From contig JAWSVJ010000007.1 in the NCBI GenBank assembly GCA_033851975.1, positions 251,512 through 315,511 of the forward strand: a stretch of 64,000 nt of DNA, written 5' to 3'. Both the position numbers and the translations under genes were made by a program. The stretch's first letter is position 1. Each line of letters opens with the position of its first letter. Below, piece after piece: positions 48,261-59,168 of the stretch. The notes under the pieces were generated by a model, which did no database searches, was not told the DNA's origin, and saw only the letters and a program-made list of their open reading frames with translations. Source of the stretch: Hyphomonas sp. (GTDB lineage: Bacteria; Pseudomonadota; Alphaproteobacteria; Caulobacterales; Hyphomonadaceae).

Positions 48261-49190
48261 CTAGCGTTTTGCAGGGCTGCGCGCGAGCCAGACACCGCCC
48301 AAAATCATGACAAACGCCAATACGGCGTTCCAACTTTGGGTTTCGCGGAATGCGAACCAGCCGATAATCGCGCTTGCGATCGGTATTGTGTAGCCGGTCA
48401 GCGACAAGAACGTCGCGCCAGAGCGCTGAATAATGATCATGTACAGTGCCTGCGCAAATGCTGTCGGGCCAAGCCCAAGTGCGATAACCGCAGCCCAGTG
48501 TTTCGTCCCTATGGCCAGCCCCTCAGGTTCCACCATCAAAGCCAGCGGCCACGAGATGATAGCCCCAACGCTCACAAAGCCAGCGGCGAATGCGATAGGC
48601 TCTACGCTCGGCGCTGCACGCGCCAGCAGGGTTGAGATCGAATAGAACAGCGTCGCGACCAGCAACAGTATTTGAGCGATCAGTGCGCCGGACCCCTCCC
48701 CCGAGATAGCACCAGGTCCAAACAAAACCACGACGCCCGCAAACCCCAATGTGATCCCTAAACCAGACCACTTGGTCAGGCGCTCATCAGCGAAAAACAG
48801 GTTCGCGCCTAAGGCGATAAAAATGGGCGCCGCCGATGTATAGAGCGCAGCCAAGCTGGAATTCACCGTCTGCTGCGCGGTCGTGATAAGATAGAATGGA
48901 GCCACTGAACCAACACACCCCATCAAACAAATAAACAGCCAGGCCTTTCTATTTTTAAAGCTAGGCAAACGCTGCCCCATGGCCAACATCATACCGAGCA
49001 AAGCGATCGCCCCAATGGTCAGTCGCCCCGACAGCACATAGATGACAGGCAGTCCTGCACTTGGATCACCCTTATCAACCGCAACGCGCGTCAACGCATA
49101 GGCTCCGGCCCACATTATGGTGACCAAGCCAAACAACCCCCAATCCAAAGGGGTTCTCGACATGTTGGCAGGCTGAGGCGTTTTCTCCAT
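48261..49190 (-). CDS. EamA/DMT-family transporter
   Basis: Ten TM helices in two EamA repeats. Confidence 0.88.
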   Translation of the reverse strand: MEKTPQPANMSRTPLDWGLFGLVTIMWAGAYALTRVAVDKGDPSAGLPVIYVLSGRLTIGAIALLGMMLAMGQRLPSFKNRKAWLFICLMGCVGSVAPFYLITTAQQTVNSSLAALYTSAAPIFIALGANLFFADERLTKWSGLGITLGFAGVVVLFGPGAISGEGSGALIAQILLLVATLFYSISTLLARAAPSVEPIAFAAGFVSVGAIISWPLALMVEPEGLAIGTKHWAAVIALGLGPTAFAQALYMIIIQRSGATFLSLTGYTIPIASAIIGWFAFRETQSWNAVLAFVMILGGVWLARSPAKR

Positions 49191-49423
49191 CTAACGCCCC
49201 TTAGGCCAAGTTTAGCATGCTGTCTTGCGGTGACTGAAAATGGTGTCATCAATTCTGCACACTTCTTGCATACAAGCTGACACGCGCACGCCTAGACAAC
49301 CGGGTGGGGCGTCCAAATTTGGCCTCGCGGCTTGGTGCCGCATAGCCCAAAGGTGGACGATTTGCCCTCTTCGTCGTAAATGGCTGCAAAGTTTACATTT
49401 GATCTCGTTTTAGGAGAATATCT

Positions 49424-50431
49424 ATGGCCGTACGTGTCGCCATTAACGGATTTGGACGGATTGGCCGTCTTGTTCTGCGTTCCATCATCGAAAATGACCG
49501 CAAAGACATCGAAGTCGTGGCCATCAATGACCTCGGTCCTGTTGCCACCAACGCTCACCTGCTTGAGTTTGACTCAGTCCATGGCCGCCTGAGAGAAAAA
49601 ATCGAAGTCGAAGGCGACACCATCAAAATCGGTGACCGCAAAATCCTCGTCACAGCCGTTCGCGACCCTGCTGACTTGCCACACGCTGAACTCGACATCG
49701 ACATCGCGATGGAATGTACCGGCATCTTCACTAAGCGTGATGACGCTGCCAAGCACCTTAAAGCTGGCGCTAAACGCGTCCTGATTTCTGCGCCCGGCAC
49801 AGATTCAGATGCAACCATCGTTTACGGTGTGAACAGCGATACGCTAACAGCTGAGCACAAGATCGTTTCAAACGCGTCGTGCACAACCAACTGCCTGTCA
49901 CCTGTCGCTAAAGTACTTAACGACACTGTTGGCATCTCACGCGGTTACATGACAACGGTTCACGCCTACACAGGCGACCAGCCAACACTCGACCGCATGC
50001 ATGGTGACCTGTATCGCGCACGCGCTGCAGCCACCAACATGATCCCAACTTCAACCGGCGCAGCGAAAGCTGTTGGTCTGGTGCTACCAGAACTTGCTGG
50101 CAAACTGAACGGCTCTGCTGTTCGCGTACCAACACCAAACGTATCCATGATCGACCTGGTGTTTGATGCAGGCAAAGCGACAACAGTTGAAGAGATCAAC
50201 AATGCGATCAAAGCAGCTGCAGACGGCCCAATGAAAGGCGTTCTCGCCTACACAGACAAGCCGCTTGTGTCTTCAGATCTCAATCATGATCCACACTCTT
50301 CCACATTCGCGCTCGACCAAACCAACGTTACGGATGGCACTTTGGTGCGTGTCCTATCTTGGTACGATAACGAATGGGGTTTTGCGACCCGTATGAGCGA
50401 CACCGCGCTCGCACTCGCAAAGTTCCTTTAG
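49424..50431 (+). CDS. gap: Type I glyceraldehyde-3-phosphate dehydrogenase
   Basis: INGFGRIGR, SNASCTTNCL, WYDNEWGF. Confidence 0.98.
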   Translation: MAVRVAINGFGRIGRLVLRSIIENDRKDIEVVAINDLGPVATNAHLLEFDSVHGRLREKIEVEGDTIKIGDRKILVTAVRDPADLPHAELDIDIAMECTGIFTKRDDAAKHLKAGAKRVLISAPGTDSDATIVYGVNSDTLTAEHKIVSNASCTTNCLSPVAKVLNDTVGISRGYMTTVHAYTGDQPTLDRMHGDLYRARAAATNMIPTSTGAAKAVGLVLPELAGKLNGSAVRVPTPNVSMIDLVFDAGKATTVEEINNAIKAAADGPMKGVLAYTDKPLVSSDLNHDPHSSTFALDQTNVTDGTLVRVLSWYDNEWGFATRMSDTALALAKFL

Positions 50432-50495
50432 GAACCCCAGCCTAGGAGACCGGACGTAAAATATGACTGATCCGACCTCCGCGCCAAACATTATC

Positions 50496-50537
50496 AAGCC
50501 TCCCCGTGGCGCTCGCGCGTTGCGGGGAGGTTTTTTG
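50496..50537 (+). terminator. Intrinsic terminator between gap and pgk
   Basis: CCTCCCCG...CGGGGAGG followed by TTTTTTG. Confidence 0.7.
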
Positions 50538-50672
50538 TTGCCCTAACTGGCCAACTTGGCAGCGCGCTTGCAACCGCAGGCACGTAATCCCCCTACTCCA
50601 GCTTCACGGCTGAACACAGATTTATCAACACGAATTTTGACGCTCCCACGTCACACATTGGAGACTAAACGC

Positions 50673-51869
50673 ATGAGCAGCTTCCGCCGCATTTCTGAAG
50701 CAGGTGACCTCACAGGAAAAACCGCCCTTGTTCGCGTAGATTTCAATGTACCTATGAATAACGGACTAGTGACAGACGATACGCGCCTCAAGGCTGCTGT
50801 CGAAACCGTCCAAACCCTTCGCACCCAAGGCGCAAAAGTTGCTCTTCTTGCCCACTTTGGCCGCCCGAAGGGTGAGCGCGTCGCAGAGATGAGCCTCGCT
50901 CCGATCGCAGGCGCCTTCGCCAAAGTGCTTGGCTCCAACGTTAGCTTCATCGCCGACTGTAAAGGCGACAAGGTCAAACAAGCCATAACTGAGCTTGAGC
51001 CCGCCGGCGTCATCCTGCTGGAAAACACACGCTTCTACGCTGGTGAAGAAAAGGGCGATCCTGAATTGGCAAAAGAGATCGCAGCGCTCGGCGACATTTT
51101 CGTCAATGACGCCTTCTCTGCTGCACATCGCCGCCACGTTTCAACCGCCGTGCTTGCAGACTCCCTGCCCGCTTATGCTGGCTGCAACATGGAAGCAGAG
51201 CTTGATGCCCTTAGCAAAGCGCTCGGCACGCCTGTTCGCCCGGTCATGGCTGTTGTTGGCGGAGCGAAAGTGTCGTCCAAGATCGACCTACTCAAAAACC
51301 TCGTTACACAAGTTGATACGCTCGCAATTGGCGGCGGCATGGCAAACACATTCCTTGCTGCTCAAGGCGTCTCAGTCGGCAAATCACTCTGCGAGCATGA
51401 TCTCAAGGATCTCGCCAACGAGATTTCTGAAATCGCCGCGAAGAATAATTGCACAATCTTGCTACCAACCGATGTTGTGGTCGCGAAAGACTTCAAAGCG
51501 CACGCCGACAATCGGACAATTCCAGCTGGCGACGTCGCCGAGGATGAAATGATCCTTGATGCAGGCCCAGACACAGTCGCAAAACTTGAAGCGGCCATGA
51601 AAAACTCAAAAACACTCGTTTGGAACGGCCCCCTCGGCGCGTTCGAAATGGAGCCATTTGATGCAGCAACCGTTAGCGCAGCAAAAGCAGCTGGAAACCA
51701 AGCAAAAGCAGGTGGTCTAACCGCTGTTGCAGGCGGCGGCGACACAGTTGCCGCGCTCAACCATGCCGGCGCCGCAGCCGACTTTACATTCATCTCAACA
51801 GCAGGTGGCGCGTTCCTTGAATGGATGGAGGGTAAACCCCTTCCTGGCGTCGAAGCGCTCAAATCCTAA
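50673..51869 (+). CDS. pgk: Phosphoglycerate kinase
   Basis: [45 protein letters not shown]. Confidence 0.98.
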   Translation: MSSFRRISEAGDLTGKTALVRVDFNVPMNNGLVTDDTRLKAAVETVQTLRTQGAKVALLAHFGRPKGERVAEMSLAPIAGAFAKVLGSNVSFIADCKGDKVKQAITELEPAGVILLENTRFYAGEEKGDPELAKEIAALGDIFVNDAFSAAHRRHVSTAVLADSLPAYAGCNMEAELDALSKALGTPVRPVMAVVGGAKVSSKIDLLKNLVTQVDTLAIGGGMANTFLAAQGVSVGKSLCEHDLKDLANEISEIAAKNNCTILLPTDVVVAKDFKAHADNRTIPAGDVAEDEMILDAGPDTVAKLEAAMKNSKTLVWNGPLGAFEMEPFDAATVSAAKAAGNQAKAGGLTAVAGGGDTVAALNHAGAAADFTFISTAGGAFLEWMEGKPLPGVEALKS

Positions 51870-51914
51870 TCACACAGATACAAACGAAATTAGTGGGAAA
51901 GAAAGACTAAACTC

Positions 51915-52808
51915 ATGGCAAACGAACAAATGGCCAAACAGGCCGCGACTAAAGACGGTTTCGTCGCAGCGCTCGATCAATCTGGTGGTTCAACACCAAA
52001 AGCCCTGCGCCTGTATGGCGTTGAAGAAAGCGCATACAAAAACGACGAAGAAATGTTTGGTCTTATCCACGACATGCGCGCACGCATCGTAAAATCACCT
52101 GCCTTCACTGGCGACAAGGTGATGGGCGCAATTCTGTTTGAACGCACAATGGACGGCGATATTGATGGCGTGCCCACAGCGCAATATCTTTGGGAAAACC
52201 GCCAAGTTGTTCCGTTCCTGAAGGTCGACAAAGGCTTGGCTGACGAAGAAAACGGCGTTCAAGTTCTGAAGCCAATGCCAGACCTCGACGTCTTGCTAAA
52301 GCGCGCTGTCGGCAAAGGCATCTTCGGCACGAAAATGCGCTCTGTCATCAATTCTGCTAACCCTGTTGGCATTGCGGCGATCGCGGCCCAGCAGTTCGAT
52401 GTTGGTCGTCAGATTCTCGGTCACGGCCTTATGCCGATCATCGAGCCTGAAGTGACCATCACGATTTCTGACAAAGCAGAAGCGGAAGACATCCTTCTTG
52501 CTGAGATCACGAAACAGCTCGACGCGCTTGGCGCTGACAAGCAAGTGATGCTGAAGCTCTCACTGCCCGAAAAAGCCAACCAGTATAAATCTCTCGTGGC
52601 TCATCCACGTGTGATGCGTGTTGTGGCTCTGTCCGGTGGTTATGAGCGTGAAGAGGCTAACAACCGCCTCTCTAAGAACACAGGCATGATCGCAAGCTTC
52701 TCTCGCGCCCTGACACAGGGCCTGTCCGCAGGCCAATCAGACGCAGAGTTTGATGCCATGTTGGACGACACGATCACAAGCATCTTTGAAGCGTCACGCG
52801 CGGGTTAA
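51915..52808 (+). CDS. fda: Class I fructose-bisphosphate aldolase
   Basis: AALDQSGGSTPKAL, PFLKVDKGL, GTKMRS, VALSGGY, ASFSRAL. Confidence 0.93.
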   Translation: MANEQMAKQAATKDGFVAALDQSGGSTPKALRLYGVEESAYKNDEEMFGLIHDMRARIVKSPAFTGDKVMGAILFERTMDGDIDGVPTAQYLWENRQVVPFLKVDKGLADEENGVQVLKPMPDLDVLLKRAVGKGIFGTKMRSVINSANPVGIAAIAAQQFDVGRQILGHGLMPIIEPEVTITISDKAEAEDILLAEITKQLDALGADKQVMLKLSLPEKANQYKSLVAHPRVMRVVALSGGYEREEANNRLSKNTGMIASFSRALTQGLSAGQSDAEFDAMLDDTITSIFEASRAG

Positions 52809-52834
52809 TCCCCCTGACAATTCAACATCTTTAG

Positions 52835-52870
52835 CACCCCTCGGCAGACCTGCCGGGGGGTGTTTTATTT
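52835..52870 (+). terminator. Intrinsic terminator after fda
   Basis: CACCCCTCGGCAG-AC-CTGCCGGGGGGTG followed by TTTTATTT. Confidence 0.75.
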
Positions 52871-52931
52871 GATTACTGCTCCCAGCCTTGTATGAAGTTG
52901 AATACATCGAACTGGGAAGAGATAGTCGTTA

Positions 52932-54161
52932 ATGGAAATTACAATTGCTGGTGGCGGCATCGCTGGGCTCGTCACCGCGCTCACCCTGCATCAAGACGGC
53001 CATGACGTAACAGTGCATGAAGCGGTTCCCGAACTGCGGGCGCTAGGGGTCGGCATCAACCTCCTCCCCCAAGCCGTTGATATTTTGGAACGCCTTAACC
53101 TGACGACACGCCTGCTCTCCCAAGGGGTCGCCACGCGTGAACTGTCATACGTCAATCGTTTTGGCCAACACATCTGGACAGAACCGCGCGGCAAGTTTGG
53201 CCGTTTCACCTCCCCCCAAATCTCAATCTCTCGTGGTGACCTACAAATGACATTGCTGGACGCTGCGCGCGATCGGCTAGGGACGGATAACGTCAAAACA
53301 GGTGAGCGCCTTGTCGGCTATCGCAACACAGCCGATCAAGCCGTTGGTATTTTCGAAAATACCCAAGGCGAACAATACGACGTCACGAGCGACGCGCTGA
53401 TTTGCGCCGACGGCATTCATTCCACCGCGCGCAAACAAATGTATCCGCAAGAGGGCGACCCTATCTATTCAGGCCGCATCCTCTGGCGCGCCACCAGTTA
53501 CGCGAAACCTTATCTATCATCCGCCTCCATGTGCATGTTCGGGCATCAGGCGCAAAAATTTGTCTGCTACCCGATAGAGCCTGTCCGCGCAGATGGTCTA
53601 CAGCGTATCAACTGGATCGCCGAACTTTGGATCGACGAGATGCCCAATAAGGCCGATTGGAACCGCCCAGCAGATAACGCGGATTTCTTGCCTCAATTCG
53701 AAGACTGGAAATTTGACTGGTTAGACATTCCCGGCCTCATACGCAGTGCAGAGACGGTCTACGAATACCCAATGGTCGACCGCGACCCAATAGATAGCTG
53801 GAATGATGGCCGCGTAACTCTGCTAGGCGACGCCGCCCACCCGATGTACCCCATAGGCTCCAACGGGGCGAGCCAAGCCATTCTGGACGCGGAGGGTATT
53901 AGCGCCGCATTCAAGGCCGATGCAGATGTCGAGCGCGCCATTGCGAGCTTTGAGGGCACGCGGCGAAACGCGACCCGTAAGATCATCCTGTCCAATCGCA
54001 AAAATGGCCCAGAGCAATGCATGCAACTGGCTCATGAGCGCGCACCAGATGGATTTGAGAACATAGATGACATTTTCAAACCGGGTGAATTGAAAACGAT
54101 CGCCGACCAATACAAACAACTGACCGGCATGAAAAAATCCGCAGGAGCAAACACCCAATGA
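52932..54161 (+). CDS. Class A FAD-dependent monooxygenase (aromatic hydroxylase type)
   Basis: GGGIAGL, GVGINL, ADGIHS, LLGDAAHPMYPIGSNGASQAILDA. Confidence 0.92.
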   Translation: MEITIAGGGIAGLVTALTLHQDGHDVTVHEAVPELRALGVGINLLPQAVDILERLNLTTRLLSQGVATRELSYVNRFGQHIWTEPRGKFGRFTSPQISISRGDLQMTLLDAARDRLGTDNVKTGERLVGYRNTADQAVGIFENTQGEQYDVTSDALICADGIHSTARKQMYPQEGDPIYSGRILWRATSYAKPYLSSASMCMFGHQAQKFVCYPIEPVRADGLQRINWIAELWIDEMPNKADWNRPADNADFLPQFEDWKFDWLDIPGLIRSAETVYEYPMVDRDPIDSWNDGRVTLLGDAAHPMYPIGSNGASQAILDAEGISAAFKADADVERAIASFEGTRRNATRKIILSNRKNGPEQCMQLAHERAPDGFENIDDIFKPGELKTIADQYKQLTGMKKSAGANTQ

Positions 54162-54607
54162 CCCTTCCCCTCACCCCCCTCATGGTACTGGCCGTTTCTG
54201 TCGGAAAGCCCGTCACCGTTGATCCCGGCGATCATGGCCGACGTTTTATCCCCATCACAGGCGGCACGGTCACCGGCGAGTTGACCGGCACAGTGCTAAA
54301 TGGTGGTGGTGATTGGCAAACGCTTCTGCCCAACGGGAATTTGGAAATCCGCGCGCACTACATCATCGAAATTGATGGACACGGCACAGTCGAAGTTCAC
54401 TCCGACGGCGTCCGTGCGGGCTCCCCAGACGTGTTGGCGGCCTTGGGGCGCGGCGAAAATGTTGATCCGTCCGAATACTATTTCCGCACCGCAATGCGCT
54501 TCCACACGTCCGCTCCTGGACTAGAGCGTCTCAATGCAATCCTCGCTGTCGCGCAAGGCCGCCGTGAAGGCAAAAGCGTCTTACTCAATGTATTGGAGAT
54601 TGGCTAA
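54158..54607 (+). CDS. DUF3237 (UPF0311) family protein
   Basis: RFIPITGG, GGGDWQ, YFRTAMRFHT; ATGA overlap with the monooxygenase. Confidence 0.88.
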   Translation: MTLPLTPLMVLAVSVGKPVTVDPGDHGRRFIPITGGTVTGELTGTVLNGGGDWQTLLPNGNLEIRAHYIIEIDGHGTVEVHSDGVRAGSPDVLAALGRGENVDPSEYYFRTAMRFHTSAPGLERLNAILAVAQGRREGKSVLLNVLEIG

Positions 54608-54837
54608 TGTTAGAAATGCGCCCCAATTGTGAACGCTGTGACACAGACCTTGCGCCCGATACACCCGGCGCCACAATCTGCTCATTTGAGTGCACCTTCT
54701 GTCTAGAATGCGCACAGACCGATTTGAACTTCACTTGCCCAAATTGCGGCGGTGATCTTCATCGGCGCCCCACCCGTCAGGGCAAGGCGCTCGAAAAGTT
54801 TCCTGCCAGCACAAAACGCGTGCTGAAAAAGCCTTAG
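54607..54837 (+). CDS. DUF1272 family Cys-rich small protein
   Basis: MLEMRPNCERCD...CSFECTFC..C....CPNCGG.L..RP. Confidence 0.9.
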   Translation: MLEMRPNCERCDTDLAPDTPGATICSFECTFCLECAQTDLNFTCPNCGGDLHRRPTRQGKALEKFPASTKRVLKKP

Positions 54838-55334
54838 CTCGGCGGCAGCAACTCAATCAGATACCCGTCCGGGTCTTTCGCGAAGCCAACAACTGCGCCG
54901 CCAAGTGAGGCAACCGGGGTTGGTTCGCGCACGATTTCATAACCGGCATCGCGAATCTTATCCGCCATCGCTTTCGGATCTGGCACGCGGTAGACGATCT
55001 TGATTGCATTGTCTTTGTAGTTGCGCTCTGAACCGTCCGTCCAATGCATAAGCACGATGGCGCTACCACCACCCTTGCCATACGCAAGGACAATCTCGTC
55101 CATATAATCGAGATTAAAGCGTGTCACTTCCTTCATGCCGAGCGTGTCGCGATAAAACTTAGCGGATGCCTCAAGGTCACTCACGCCAATACCGAAAGCT
55201 GAAACCGCGTCGCGCGCAGCTGGTTTTGTCGCTGTCGTTGATGTCATGGCTGACTCCTCTGCCACTGTGTGGGTGGCACAAGCTGCCAGCATCGTAATTG
55301 CCGCGAGTGCGGTCACGGTTTTGAACATTTTCAT
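54834..55334 (-). CDS. VOC/glyoxalase-family lipoprotein
   Basis: Lipobox LAAC; GIGVSDLEASAKFYRDTLGM; FAKDPDGYLIEL. Confidence 0.85.
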   Translation of the reverse strand: MKMFKTVTALAAITMLAACATHTVAEESAMTSTTATKPAARDAVSAFGIGVSDLEASAKFYRDTLGMKEVTRFNLDYMDEIVLAYGKGGGSAIVLMHWTDGSERNYKDNAIKIVYRVPDPKAMADKIRDAGYEIVREPTPVASLGGAVVGFAKDPDGYLIELLPPS

Positions 55335-55437
55335 TTGAATCATTTCCTCCATCCTCAACTTGAGTATGGTTAACTACACTCAAATAGGCAAGCACATTGC
55401 TTGACCCCTTGCACGCCGGGGCCTAACCCCCGCGCCT

Positions 55438-56124
55438 ATGACCGATGCACTCACCCGCCCACGCACACGCCTTTACCTCATCACGCCGCCGCAAATCGCT
55501 GATATGGCAGAATTTGCCGCGCAGCTTGAAGGCGCCCTTGAGGCTGGCGATGTCGCTTGTCTTCAATTGCGGTTGAAGCAGGCTGATGGCGAAACTATCG
55601 ACGAGGCCGCAACGCGCGAAGCAGCAGAAATTCTAAGCCCAATCGCTCAAGCCTATGGCGCGGCGGTGATCATCAATGACAGCCCAGAACTCGCTGTTGA
55701 GCTTGGAGCAGACGGCGTCCATGTCGGCATCACAGATCACAGCGTGAAAGAAACGCGCGCCATCATCGGTCCAGACATGATCCTCGGCGCAACTGCGAAA
55801 GACTCCCGTCACACCGCCATGACGGCGGGCGAGCAAGGCGCAGACTATGTTGCCTTCGGCGCCTTCTATGACACGCAAACCAAAGCAGACACGGCGCAAG
55901 CAGAGCTTAGCGTGCTTGAATTCTGGCAGAACCTTATGGAGATCCCGTGCGTCGCCATTGGCGGTGTCACGCCAGACAACGCCGCCCCGCTCGTCACAGC
56001 GGGCGCCGACTTTATCGCCGTCTCATCATCAGTCTGGAACGCGCCGCAGGGCGCGCCCTTAGCGGTCGTAGCATTCAATCAGTTATTTGATGATCTAGAG
56101 GCGAAAACTGACGTGACATCCTGA
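55438..56124 (+). CDS. thiE: Thiamine-phosphate synthase family protein
   Basis: LYLITP, LQLRLK, IIND, ADGVHVG, DYVAFG, AIGG; thiE-efp-suhB synteny. Confidence 0.88.
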   Translation: MTDALTRPRTRLYLITPPQIADMAEFAAQLEGALEAGDVACLQLRLKQADGETIDEAATREAAEILSPIAQAYGAAVIINDSPELAVELGADGVHVGITDHSVKETRAIIGPDMILGATAKDSRHTAMTAGEQGADYVAFGAFYDTQTKADTAQAELSVLEFWQNLMEIPCVAIGGVTPDNAAPLVTAGADFIAVSSSVWNAPQGAPLAVVAFNQLFDDLEAKTDVTS

Positions 56125-56215
56125 TTTTTAGGTCGGCTCCATTAACCCTGCTGAACTTGACCCAATACGCCATAGGGCCTAGGCCCCGCGCCATACCCAA
56201 TAAGGAATATTCCCG

Positions 56216-56782
56216 ATGGCCAAAATCAACGGCAATGAAATCAAGCCCGGAAATGTGATCGAACATGACGGCACCGTTTGGCGCGCCATCAAAACAGCGT
56301 CGGTTAAACCCGGCAAAGGCGGCGCCTTCAATCAGGTCGAACTACGCAACCTGCTAAACGGTTCTAAATCCAATGTTCGCTTTCGCTCCAGTGAAACAGT
56401 CGAGAAGATCCGCTTAGAGCAAATGGATCATCAATTCCTATTCGCTGATGATGACTCTTTCACGTTCATGAACGCTGAGAACTATGAGCAAATCGCTATC
56501 ATGCGTGACTTCGTTGGCGACCAAGGTGCATTCCTTCAAGACGGTATGGTCGTGAACATCGAGTTTTATGGCGAACAGCCAATCGGTGTGACTCTGCCAG
56601 ATCAAGTAACCCTCGTCGTTCTGGAGACAGAGCCCGTTGTAAAAGGCCAAACCGCCGCTAACAGCTTTAAGCCCGCCACATGCACCGGCGGCGTGCGCGT
56701 TATGGTTCCCCCATTCGTCGGACCGGAAGAACGCGTCGTCGTTCAAACCTCCGACAGCACATATCTGCGCCGCGCAGACTAA
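56216..56782 (+). CDS. efp: Elongation factor P
   Basis: [20 protein letters not shown]. Confidence 0.96.
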   Translation: MAKINGNEIKPGNVIEHDGTVWRAIKTASVKPGKGGAFNQVELRNLLNGSKSNVRFRSSETVEKIRLEQMDHQFLFADDDSFTFMNAENYEQIAIMRDFVGDQGAFLQDGMVVNIEFYGEQPIGVTLPDQVTLVVLETEPVVKGQTAANSFKPATCTGGVRVMVPPFVGPEERVVVQTSDSTYLRRAD

Positions 56783-56791
56783 AGGCACACA

Positions 56792-57601
56792 ATGTCAAAA
56801 CCATCCCCCGTTGGAAGCGTCATGATTGCGGCGGCCCGCGCTGCTGGTCGTTCACTCGCACGCGATTTCGGTGAAGTCGAAAACCTACAGGTCTCTAAAA
56901 AGGGTCCTGCTGACTTCGTCTCCAACGCCGATCACCGCGCTGAAGAAACCATCTACGAACATTTGGCAAAAGCTCGCCCCGGCTATGGCTTCCTCATGGA
57001 AGAGCGCGGCCTTGTTGAAGGCACCGACAAATCCAACCGCTTCATCGTTGATCCGCTAGACGGCACGCTGAACTTTCTGCACGGCCAACCCCACTATGCT
57101 ATTTCCATCGCGCTTGAGCGTGAGGGCGAATTGCTGACTGGCGTCATTTATGACGTGGCAAAAAACGAGATTTTCTGGGCAGAGACTGGTCGCGGCGCAT
57201 GGCTGGAACAACGCAAGCTCCGCGTAGCGACGCGCAATAAGTTGCATGAATCCGTCATCGCAACGGGCACGCCGTGGTACGGTCAGCCAGAAGACGCGCA
57301 CCTGAAGTTCGCGCGCGAAATCGCGTCAATGACACCTGTATGCGCTGGTATTCGCCGCTATGGTTCAGCCGCGCTCGACCTCGCTTATGTCGCTGCAGGG
57401 CGCTTTGATGGCTTCTGGGAGCGCGACCTTAAGCCGTGGGATATCGCAGCGGGCATCGTCTTGGTGCGCGAAGCAGGCGGATATGTTGCTGAAATCGACG
57501 GGCGCGACGTTCTGCAAACTGGGTCCATCGTGGCGGGCAATGAAGAAATGCTACCGCTTGTCCAGAGACAGATCCGCAATGCCCACGCCAATAAGGCCTA
57601 A
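56792..57601 (+). CDS. suhB: Inositol monophosphatase / Nus factor SuhB
   Basis: DFVSNAD, VDPLDGTLNF, GSAALDLAYVAAGRFDGFWE, WDIAAG. Confidence 0.93.
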   Translation: MSKPSPVGSVMIAAARAAGRSLARDFGEVENLQVSKKGPADFVSNADHRAEETIYEHLAKARPGYGFLMEERGLVEGTDKSNRFIVDPLDGTLNFLHGQPHYAISIALEREGELLTGVIYDVAKNEIFWAETGRGAWLEQRKLRVATRNKLHESVIATGTPWYGQPEDAHLKFAREIASMTPVCAGIRRYGSAALDLAYVAAGRFDGFWERDLKPWDIAAGIVLVREAGGYVAEIDGRDVLQTGSIVAGNEEMLPLVQRQIRNAHANKA

Positions 57602-57683
57602 TCCCACAGGCTGAAGCGTCCAATTTCTGAAGATGAAAAAATGACACTTCCGTCATTGTTCACTGTGCCCTACTATCGTCACC

Positions 57684-59165
57684 ATGACGACACCAGACAT
57701 AGACGTACTAATCATTGGCGCTGGCCTTTCGGGCATTGGCGCGGCTGTTCAGCTTGAAAAGCGCTGTAACGGAAAATCCTACCGCATCATCGAGGGCCGC
57801 GAGGCTTTGGGTGGAACATGGGATTTATTCCGCTATCCGGGCATCCGATCCGACAGCGACATGTACACGCTCGGCTATAGCTTCAAACCATGGACCCGTC
57901 CCAAGGCCATTGCCGACGGCCCCTCCATTCGCGAATACATCCGCGAGACGGCTGAAGAATATAACGTCACCGGGCATATTCAGTACAATACGCGCGTCAT
58001 CAAAGCTAACTGGTCAACACCAGATCAAGTCTGGCACGTCACCACCAATCAGGCTGGCAAGCAGGAAACCGTAACCTGCCGCTTCCTGTTTATGAATGGC
58101 GGCTATTACAGTTACAAAGGCGGTCATCGCCCAGACTTTCCCGGCGAAGAGAATTTCAAAGGACAAATCCTTCACCCACAAAAGTGGCCAGAAGACTTGG
58201 ACTATTCCGGCAAGAAAGTCGTCATCATCGGCTCCGGTGCGACGGCGGTAACGCTTGTACCCGCGATGGCCGAGAAGGCCGCGCATGTCACCATGCTGCA
58301 GCGCTCACCGACCTATGTCGTCTCGCGCCCCGGTACGGACAAACTCGCAAACTTTCTGAAGAAGGTCCTCCCTGCTCAATGGGCGTATAATATCATTCGG
58401 AAGCGAAATATTTTTTTCTCGGCTTACTTCTTCGATATCGCCCGCTCTAAGCCTGAAGAGACCAAAGCACGCCTGCATCAAATGCTCTCAGAGCATTTGC
58501 CGGAAGACGAGATCGCAAAGCATTTTACCCCAACTTACAACCCGTGGGATCAACGCCTCTGCCTCGTGCCTGATGGTGACCTGTTCGACGCGATGAAATC
58601 CGGCAAAGCGAGTGTTGTGACAGACCATATTGAGCAGTTCGACGAGACCGGCATCAAACTGAAGTCGGGCGAGCATTTGGACGCTGACATAATCGTCACC
58701 GCGACCGGACTGAACATGATCTTCCTGAATGATGTTGATGTCAGCGTTGACGGCGCACCCGTCGACCCAAGCAAGACGCTTAATTACAAAGGTGCGATGC
58801 TGTCCAACATTCCAAACTTGGCGGCAACGTTCGGCTATACCAATGCCTCATGGACGTTGAAGGCTGACCTGACCTCTGAGTATGTCGCCCGCCTGCTCAA
58901 CTATATGGACGCCAACGGCTACACCTCGGCGACTCCAATGCTGGAAACGTTCCCGGACGTGACAGAACCTTTCATGGACTTCTCATCTGGTTACGTCTCA
59001 CGCGCGATGGAGAAGTTCCCACGCCAGCACACTGAGAAACCATGGAAGCTGAACAATAACTACAAGGAAGACGTGCGTGTCTTACGCAAAGGCGACATCG
59101 CCGATGACATCATGTCGTTCCAAACACCGGAGACCGCTAGCGCCGCGCTCAAAGCGGCAGAATAG
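57684..59165 (+). CDS. Class B flavin monooxygenase (BVMO; EthA/AlmA-like)
   Basis: GAGLSG, GGTWDLFRYPGIRSDSD, FKGQILHPQKWP fingerprint, GSGATA, QRSPTY, WDQRLC. Confidence 0.92.
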   Translation: MTTPDIDVLIIGAGLSGIGAAVQLEKRCNGKSYRIIEGREALGGTWDLFRYPGIRSDSDMYTLGYSFKPWTRPKAIADGPSIREYIRETAEEYNVTGHIQYNTRVIKANWSTPDQVWHVTTNQAGKQETVTCRFLFMNGGYYSYKGGHRPDFPGEENFKGQILHPQKWPEDLDYSGKKVVIIGSGATAVTLVPAMAEKAAHVTMLQRSPTYVVSRPGTDKLANFLKKVLPAQWAYNIIRKRNIFFSAYFFDIARSKPEETKARLHQMLSEHLPEDEIAKHFTPTYNPWDQRLCLVPDGDLFDAMKSGKASVVTDHIEQFDETGIKLKSGEHLDADIIVTATGLNMIFLNDVDVSVDGAPVDPSKTLNYKGAMLSNIPNLAATFGYTNASWTLKADLTSEYVARLLNYMDANGYTSATPMLETFPDVTEPFMDFSSGYVSRAMEKFPRQHTEKPWKLNNNYKEDVRVLRKGDIADDIMSFQTPETASAALKAAE

Positions 59166-59168
59166 TCC

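Noticed and set aside
50463-50546. 27-codon ORF running through the gap-pgk terminator (attenuator-like)
   Set aside because: No regulatory codon run or evident antiterminator, and no rationale for attenuation of pgk.
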